Positions 35,866 through 42,100 of a stretch of DNA of 64,000 nucleotides are shown here, piece after piece. The translations under genes and the position numbers were made by a program. Positions within the stretch are counted from its first letter, which is position 1. Each line of letters opens with the position of its first letter. The notes beneath the pieces are model-generated. The model searched no databases. It was not told where the DNA came from and saw only the letters and a program-made list of their open reading frames with translations. The stretch is taken from positions 3,879,350 to 3,943,349 of the forward strand of contig OZ241900.1 in the NCBI GenBank assembly GCA_965203615.1, written 5' to 3'. Source of the DNA: Candidatus Azotimanducaceae bacterium (GTDB lineage Bacteria > Pseudomonadota > Gammaproteobacteria > Pseudomonadales > Azotimanducaceae).

Positions 35866-36696
35866 TTACCGTTCTCCGTTGACGCTTGGCCGGCGGAACC
35901 AGCGCCACATTTCTTCCCGTGCCGCGCCATCCACGTTCGGCGCGCCGCGGCCCGCGCTGCGGTCCGGTTCCCACACCGAGCGGGTGTCGACGCCGAACCG
36001 GGTCCGCCCCGATGCATCGCTCACGCCGGCGTGCAGGTGTGCGGCCGAAAAGCCTAGCAGTTGGCCCGGTTCAATGAGGACGGGCGCCCGGGGCTGGACG
36101 GGGCGCCTGCAGGCGACCGGAAGGAGCGGATAGCCGTTCTCGCTGCCGTTCCTGAACGCTTCGAAGCTCCATTCACCGCTGTTGTTCGCGATGGGATGGC
36201 GAAAGACATCCGGCCAGAGCAACATCGTGCTGCTCTCGGCCAGTGGATACAGCGGCAACCACCAGTTGATCTGGGCCATGATGCCGGATCCCCACGTGTC
36301 CCTGTGCGGAGGCACCGTCTGCAGGCGCTGGTGTTCGATATCGTCCCTGGACGGGACGACACGCAACCGGATCCGGTCGAGCCAGGTCGCCTCCCGCCGG
36401 TAGCCGATCACCGCCAGCGCGTCCCACCAGTGCCGGGCGACGGCCGCGTCCGTGGCGACTGCCTCGCGCGCCTGCATTGCCAGGCGGCGAAACTCCGCCG
36501 CAGACAGGCGGCGCTCGGCGAAGGCGGGCTGCTCTGCCTCGAATGTTCCCGTGAGGATTCCCCGCACGCGGTCCACCAGGCGCGCGACAGGCCGCAGGCC
36601 GTCAAATACGATCAGTGCGCCGTCGAACAGCGCTTCGCTCAGCGCGCGCGGCGTAGTTCCGGGTTTCCAACGTTCGAACGCCACCGCCGTGCTCAC
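35866..36696 (-). CDS. Conserved-looking hypothetical protein with HxD...H motif (possible Fe(II)/2-oxoglutarate oxygenase fold)
   Basis: 276 aa with 'VPPHRDTWGS' and 'FSAAHLHAGV...GRTRFGVDTR'. It is embedded in the operon with 17-nt and 0-nt gaps to its neighbours. Confidence 0.5.
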   Translation of the reverse strand: MSTAVAFERWKPGTTPRALSEALFDGALIVFDGLRPVARLVDRVRGILTGTFEAEQPAFAERRLSAAEFRRLAMQAREAVATDAAVARHWWDALAVIGYRREATWLDRIRLRVVPSRDDIEHQRLQTVPPHRDTWGSGIMAQINWWLPLYPLAESSTMLLWPDVFRHPIANNSGEWSFEAFRNGSENGYPLLPVACRRPVQPRAPVLIEPGQLLGFSAAHLHAGVSDASGRTRFGVDTRSVWEPDRSAGRGAPNVDGAAREEMWRWFRRPSVNGER

Positions 36697-36713
36697 GCCG
36701 CGAGAACCGGGGG

Positions 36714-39281
36714 CTACAGTCCGATGACCTGTCCCTGCGCGTCAACCCCGACATCGAGAGCGGCGGGGCGGCGCGGCAGGCCGGGCATCGTCATGATGTC
36801 TCCGCAGATGACGACGACGAACCCGGCGCCGGCGGCGAGTCGCGCTTCCCGCACCGGGAGCACGTGGCCTTCCGGAGCACCCATCGCCTTCGGGTCGGCA
36901 GAGAAGCTGTACTGCGTCTTGGCGATGCAGACGGGCAGGCGGCCGTAGCCAAGCGATTCGAACACATCGAGCTGGTGTGCCGCCGCCCGGCTTGTCGATA
37001 TCCCGGAAGCGCCGTAGAAGCTGGCGGCAATCGCTTCGATCTTGTCTCGCAGGGGCATGTCGTCGGGATACAGCAGTTTGATCGTCGGCCTTTCGTCGAG
37101 CCTGTCGAGCACGGCTCGGGCCAGCGCGCTCGCTCCGGCACCGCCGTCTCTCCAGTGGGTGGCGACGGCGGCTTCGACGCCGTGTTGGTTCGCGATCGCC
37201 TGAATGGCGGCGATCTCTTCTTCGGTGTCCGTGTCGAAGCGGTTGATCGCGACCACGGGCGCCAGGCCGAACCTTGCGAGGTTTGCCATGTGCCGTGCGA
37301 GGTTCGGCGCCCCGGCACGAACCGCTGCCGCATCCGGTTTCGCGAGGTCGCGCTGCCCGGTGCCGCCGTGCAGCTTGAGGGCCCGAACAGTGCATACCAG
37401 CACCGCCGCGTCCGGGCGCAGGCCGGACTGGCGGCACTTGATGTCGAGGAACTTCTCCGCGCCCAGGTCCGCCCCGAAGCCCGCTTCGGTAACCACTACG
37501 TCGGACAGCCCGAGGGCCGCCCGCGTTGCGATAACCGAATTGCAGCCGTGGGCGATGTTGGCGAAGGGGCCGCCATGAATGAAGGCCGGGTTGCCTTCGA
37601 GGGTCTGCACGACGTTCGGTTGCAGGGCATCGGTGAGCACGGCGGCCATCGCCCCGTCGACGCCGAGGTCGCTGGCAGTGACCGGCTTGCCGTCGCGGTT
37701 GCGGGCGACGACGATGCGGCCGAGGCGCTGCTCGAGATCGACCCTGTCGCGCGCGAGGCAGAACACGGCCATGACTTCGGACGCGGCGGTGATATCGAAG
37801 CCGCCGGAGCGGTGGGCGCCGCGGCCGAGGTTGAGTTCCACCTCTCGCAACGCGCGGTCGTTGAGGTCCATGACGCGGCGCCAGGAGATCGTCTCCGGAT
37901 CGATGTCGAGCGGGTTTTTCCAGTAGAGGTGGCTGTCGACAACGGCGGCGAGCAGGTTGTTCGCGGTCGAGACGGCGTGCATGTCGCCGTTGAAGTGCAG
38001 GTTGATATCTGTCTCCGGCACGACCCGCGCCCGGCCGCCGCCGGTCGCGCCGCCCTTCATGCCGAAACAGGGGCCGAGGGACGGTTCGCGCAGGCAGGCC
38101 GTGGCGCGCACGCCGAGCAGGTTGAGCGCATCGGTGAGCCCGATGCTGGTGGTGGTCTTGCCTTCGCCCGCCGCGGTCGGCGAGATGGCGGTGACCAGCA
38201 CCAGCTTGCCGTCCGGCGACCTCGCCCGACCGCCTTCCGCGAGCGCCAGCTTGGCCTTGTAGTGCCCGTACGGGGTCAGGAGATCTGCGCCGATACCGAG
38301 GCGTTCTTCGATGAGCGGGATGATCGGCCCCGGGCCATCACCGGAAACATGACGTGCGACTTCGGGGGCCGTCGCGCGGGACCGGGCCACGTCCCGGGTT
38401 GTCGATCCGTTGGCGCGCAGCCAACGGGACGTGCGGGGCAGGCCGCCGAAAGTGAATATGTGAATCCCGGCGAGGGTCGTGCCGGGGGATTCCACGCGGT
38501 ATTGCGCCAGTCCCTGCAGGACATCATCCGGCGACCAGCTCTTAAGCAACCGTATCACGCTGGGTCGCCGCGTCAGCGCCCGCGCGGATGCGCGCACGCC
38601 GCAGCGCGCGGCATAGGCCAACAAGGTGCGTAGCCGGGCCGGGCCGGGCAGGCCGACATGGACCGGCAACGGGCAACCTCGCTCGCGTATCGCCCTTAGC
38701 CACGCGATGGCGGGCGCGGATGCGAACGTGAACTGGGTGACGATCCACATCTCGGTCCCGGTTGCATTGGCGTAGGCGATCTTGTGCGACAGCGCCGCTT
38801 CGAGATCCCCCCGGGTCGCCAGGGGGTGTCCTTCCGGGTAGGCGGCGACGCCGACGCGGCGGAAGCCGTGCTCGACGAGCTTGCCGGACTCGAGCACATC
38901 GAGGGTGTCGTGATAGGGCCCCGCCGCGCGCGCGTGGTCTCCGGCCACCAGCAGCAGTTCGCCCACCCCGGCGTCGGCGAGCTTGCCCAGCCGGTCGTCG
39001 AGTTGCTGCGCGCTTCTCAACAGTCGCGCCGGAAGGTGTGGCACCGGCAGCATGCCCTCGGCACCGAGGCGCTGGCAGGCGGCCACGGTCTCACGCCACG
39101 CAGCGCCCGGGATGGACGGGATATAGACCCGCGTCCCGCGGGGCAGGTAGTCCGTGAGCGGTCCCGTCGAGCCGAGTTGGCGCGGGGAGAGTTCTACCGA
39201 GGCGTGCCGGGCGAGCTCGCGCTGTGCGTCCAGCACGTCGATCGCATTGAGGGCGGCGGCACCGTGGGACAAGGCATCCAT
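36714..39281 (-). CDS. Fusion protein: N-terminal methylenetetrahydrofolate-reductase-like (MetF-family) domain + C-terminal formate-tetrahydrofolate ligase
   Basis: Residues ~1-290 are MetF-like ('LLLVAGD', 'AAYPEGHP', 'IVTQFTF', 'IHIFTFGG'). Residues ~300-855 are FTHFS ('YGHYKAKL', 'SPTAAGEGKTTT', 'NIAHGCNSV', 'PVCIAKTQYSFS'). It is one uninterrupted 855-aa ORF. Confidence 0.8.
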   Translation of the reverse strand: MDALSHGAAALNAIDVLDAQRELARHASVELSPRQLGSTGPLTDYLPRGTRVYIPSIPGAAWRETVAACQRLGAEGMLPVPHLPARLLRSAQQLDDRLGKLADAGVGELLLVAGDHARAAGPYHDTLDVLESGKLVEHGFRRVGVAAYPEGHPLATRGDLEAALSHKIAYANATGTEMWIVTQFTFASAPAIAWLRAIRERGCPLPVHVGLPGPARLRTLLAYAARCGVRASARALTRRPSVIRLLKSWSPDDVLQGLAQYRVESPGTTLAGIHIFTFGGLPRTSRWLRANGSTTRDVARSRATAPEVARHVSGDGPGPIIPLIEERLGIGADLLTPYGHYKAKLALAEGGRARSPDGKLVLVTAISPTAAGEGKTTTSIGLTDALNLLGVRATACLREPSLGPCFGMKGGATGGGRARVVPETDINLHFNGDMHAVSTANNLLAAVVDSHLYWKNPLDIDPETISWRRVMDLNDRALREVELNLGRGAHRSGGFDITAASEVMAVFCLARDRVDLEQRLGRIVVARNRDGKPVTASDLGVDGAMAAVLTDALQPNVVQTLEGNPAFIHGGPFANIAHGCNSVIATRAALGLSDVVVTEAGFGADLGAEKFLDIKCRQSGLRPDAAVLVCTVRALKLHGGTGQRDLAKPDAAAVRAGAPNLARHMANLARFGLAPVVAINRFDTDTEEEIAAIQAIANQHGVEAAVATHWRDGGAGASALARAVLDRLDERPTIKLLYPDDMPLRDKIEAIAASFYGASGISTSRAAAHQLDVFESLGYGRLPVCIAKTQYSFSADPKAMGAPEGHVLPVREARLAAGAGFVVVICGDIMTMPGLPRRPAALDVGVDAQGQVIGL

Positions 39282-39286
39282 GCGCT

Positions 39287-40633
39287 TCAGTCCACGCTGT
39301 CGCGGCCGCGGTTTCGCGCCACTTCCCTGATGTTCGGGTTGACCGAAGGACGAAACGGCACTTCAACCACCTCGCCGGCCACGGGCTCGCCGGGACGTTC
39401 CGCGTATTCGGTCGGAAGATGCACGCGCAACCCCGTTCCGACCTGGCGCATTTCCCAGGGAACATAGGCCAGCGCGATGTTGGTCTCGAGTTCCGGTGAG
39501 AACCACGGCGAGGTGACGTAGCCCACGGGATCGTCCCCGCCGCCGCCGGAGATGAGCCAGAAGTCGTTGGCGTAGTCGGTCACCGGTTTGCCTCCGAAGA
39601 CGATGCCGACGAGCACATTGCGGAACGGGGGGGAACCTGCGTCGATGGCGCGCCGCGCCGCTTCCAGCGCCCGCTTGCCGACGTAGTCCGCCTGCTTTCC
39701 GCGCGGCACCTGGTAGCCGAGATTGCACTGGAAAGGCAGGGTTTCCTGGTCCAGGTCCTGCCCCCAGGACAGGATGCCGGCGGCTATGCGGCGGTGATGC
39801 GCCGGGGCCGTGACCATGAGCTGATGCCGCTCGCCGGCTTCGAGCACCCCGTGCCAGAGGTCTTCCGCGTAGAGGGTGGCGTCCCTGAGGTAGATCTCGT
39901 AGCCCTTCTCGCCGGTGAACCCGGTTTGCGAGACGATGACGTCGCGACCGTTCACCTGCCCTTCCATCAGCCCGTAGTAGGGGATCTCGCGAACCCGCTC
40001 GCCGAACAGGTCCGTCATCAGCGCCTCCGACTTCGGTCCCTGGATCTGCACCGGCGCGACGTCGATCTCGGCGATGGAAACATCCAGGCGCAGGCCCAGG
40101 TTGACGCCCCTGAGCCACATCTCGATGTCGCTGTCGGCGAGCGAGAACCAGAACTCGTCGTCGGCCACGCGCAAGAGCACCGGATCGTTCAGCACGCCGC
40201 CGTCTTCGTTGCACAGGATGACGTACTTGCCGTGCATGGGCGCGATGCGGGCGGCGTCGCGCGTGATGACGTGGTTGACGAACTTCTCGGCGTCCGGCCC
40301 CTTGACCTGGATCTGCCGCTCCACCGCCACGTTCCAGAGCGTCACGTGGTTGACCAGGGCGTCATACTCCACCATGGCGCCGCCGTCTTCCGGACGCACG
40401 TATCCGCGCGGGTGATAGACGCGGTTGTAGACCGTCGCCCGCCAGCACCCGGCTTGCATGGAAAGGTGCCAGTAGGGCGACTTCCGCACCCGGGTTGAGA
40501 TGAGCAATCCAACCGGGGTCGGGCCGGACTGGCGCAGGTTGATGGGAACTTTCCGGTCCGACTGGTCGACGCTCGCGCATTGGCGCAGCTCGGAGTACCG
40601 AACGGCTCCGTTATCGCTGGTGTCAGTGGTCAT
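39287..40633 (-). CDS. GcvT-family aminomethyltransferase (DmdA-like THF-dependent demethylase)
   Basis: 'TVYNRVYHP...LWNVAVERQIQVKGPDAEKF', 'VQIQGPKS', 'SQTGFTGEKGYEIY', 'VGYVTSPWFSPELETNIALAY'. GGGGGAG lies 5 nt upstream of the ATG at 40633. Confidence 0.8.
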   Translation of the reverse strand: MTTDTSDNGAVRYSELRQCASVDQSDRKVPINLRQSGPTPVGLLISTRVRKSPYWHLSMQAGCWRATVYNRVYHPRGYVRPEDGGAMVEYDALVNHVTLWNVAVERQIQVKGPDAEKFVNHVITRDAARIAPMHGKYVILCNEDGGVLNDPVLLRVADDEFWFSLADSDIEMWLRGVNLGLRLDVSIAEIDVAPVQIQGPKSEALMTDLFGERVREIPYYGLMEGQVNGRDVIVSQTGFTGEKGYEIYLRDATLYAEDLWHGVLEAGERHQLMVTAPAHHRRIAAGILSWGQDLDQETLPFQCNLGYQVPRGKQADYVGKRALEAARRAIDAGSPPFRNVLVGIVFGGKPVTDYANDFWLISGGGGDDPVGYVTSPWFSPELETNIALAYVPWEMRQVGTGLRVHLPTEYAERPGEPVAGEVVEVPFRPSVNPNIREVARNRGRDSVD

Positions 40634-40737
40634 TTGGCTCCCCCTGGGCGGAATTCGAGGCCGCCGGTTCGGGGCCATCCTGCACCAGCGGCAACGGCGG
40701 CAGATTGCCTGAAACTCGCTTAACGCATTGCAGCCAA

Positions 40738-40765
40738 AGGCGACATCGAGTAGTCGAGAAACGAC
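40738..40765. promoter_or_regulatory. Copy 1 of a 28-nt direct repeat (AGGCGACATYGARTAGTCGARAARCGAC) in the operon promoter region
   Basis: AGGCGACATCGAGTAGTCGAGAAACGAC. 24/28 identical to the copy at 40880-40907. It lies about 105-130 nt upstream of the GcvT-like start. Confidence 0.4.
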
Positions 40766-40879
40766 GACCCGAAAAAGTCGCGCCTCCCGACCGATTTCGC
40801 GCGGGTTCGCGCCCGCGTGTCGAAGGGCGGATTGGATGGCAGATGGAACCGTGCGTTCGCGTCAACGGACCCCGAAAAC

Positions 40880-40907
40880 AGGCGACATTGAATAGTCGAA
40901 AAGCGAC
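40880..40907. promoter_or_regulatory. Copy 2 of the 28-nt direct repeat
   Basis: AGGCGACATTGAATAGTCGAAAAGCGAC. It is 142 bp from copy 1, just downstream of the GlxA/GbdR-type regulator gene. Confidence 0.4.
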
Positions 40908-40936
40908 ACGTCGAAACGGGCCGATTCACGTCTTTT

Positions 40937-41995
40937 TCAGGGCGCTGGACGACGCTCGTCGGTGGGCCGTTTCCCATACTTCGCGACGTACGACTTGCCG
41001 AACCGCGCCGCGGTCGAGAATCCGCAGCGGGAGGCGATTTCGGTCACCGACATGCTGGTTTGCAGCAACAGCAGGCGACCCTGGTTCAACCGCAGGTCGA
41101 GGTAGTAGCGGGACGGCGTGCAATCCAGGTGTTCGTGAAACAGGCGCTCCAGTTGGCGCGGCGAGATGTCGGTGTACTCGGCCACCTCGCCGAGACTGAG
41201 CGGCTCCTCGATATTGGCTTCCATGAGCGCGACGGCGTCGACCAGCTTCTGCTGGTTCACGGCGCCGAGCCGGTGCTGCAGCGGCGTTCGCTGCATGTCG
41301 TTCTCGGTGCGGACCCGCTCGAGCAGGATCTGCTCCGAGATATCACGCGCCAATCGCTGTCCGTGGGTGGCGCCGACCAGGTTCAGCATGAGATCGATGG
41401 AACTGATGCCGCCGGAGCACGTGTACCGGTCGCGGTCCACTTCGAACAGGCGGGACGACACCTGTACGCGCGGGAATTGCTCGCGCAGGCTGGACAGGTT
41501 CTCCCAGTGGATCGCGCAGCGGTAGCCGTCAAGAAGGCCGGCGGCGGCGAGGAAGTGCGCGCCGGTGCAAAGGGCGCCCAGGGGGACGCGCTTGGCGAAA
41601 CCGCGCAGCGTGTCGAGCAGAACCCGGCTGCAGTGCCGTTCGCAGTGGTAGCCGCCGCAGACGAACAGCATGTCCAGACGGTCGAGAGAACCTGCGTCTC
41701 CGTCGGGCACGAGGTACAGGCCGTCGCTCGATGGCACCGGCTCGCCGTCGAGGGTCAGGCACGTCCAGCGGTAGAGCTGGCGCTCGCTCATCCGGTTGGC
41801 CATGCGCAATACCGCGATGGCGCTGGCCAGCGTCACCATCGTATAGTCGCGCGTCATCAGGAACGCGACGCGCGTCGGCTCGTCATGACATCCGGAAGGT
41901 CTGCCGCCACTCAATGACTGTCTCGACCACCGCTCTTCGAAATCGTCTCCGAGTTTCGCGCTTTCGTTCCTCGCGCACAATGATTGGGCCACCAT
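40937..41995 (-). CDS. GlxA-family (DJ-1/PfpI + AraC HTH) transcriptional regulator, GbdR/CdhR-like
   Basis: 'RVAFLMTRDYTMVTLASAIAVLRMAN', 'LFVCGG', 'ALCTGAHFLAAAGLLDG' and a C-terminal AraC HTH 'LSLGEVAEYTDISPRQLERLF...'. I chose the ATG at 41995. Confidence 0.8.
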   Translation of the reverse strand: MVAQSLCARNESAKLGDDFEERWSRQSLSGGRPSGCHDEPTRVAFLMTRDYTMVTLASAIAVLRMANRMSERQLYRWTCLTLDGEPVPSSDGLYLVPDGDAGSLDRLDMLFVCGGYHCERHCSRVLLDTLRGFAKRVPLGALCTGAHFLAAAGLLDGYRCAIHWENLSSLREQFPRVQVSSRLFEVDRDRYTCSGGISSIDLMLNLVGATHGQRLARDISEQILLERVRTENDMQRTPLQHRLGAVNQQKLVDAVALMEANIEEPLSLGEVAEYTDISPRQLERLFHEHLDCTPSRYYLDLRLNQGRLLLLQTSMSVTEIASRCGFSTAARFGKSYVAKYGKRPTDERRPAP

Positions 41996-42100
41996 TTTTT
42001 TGCCGTCGGGCCGATATGCGGGCCGTTGCAATGGGACGCTGCTAGTAGTAATACGGTTATCCGTAAGCTTGGAGAGGAAGCTATGGGAGGAGGCTACGCG

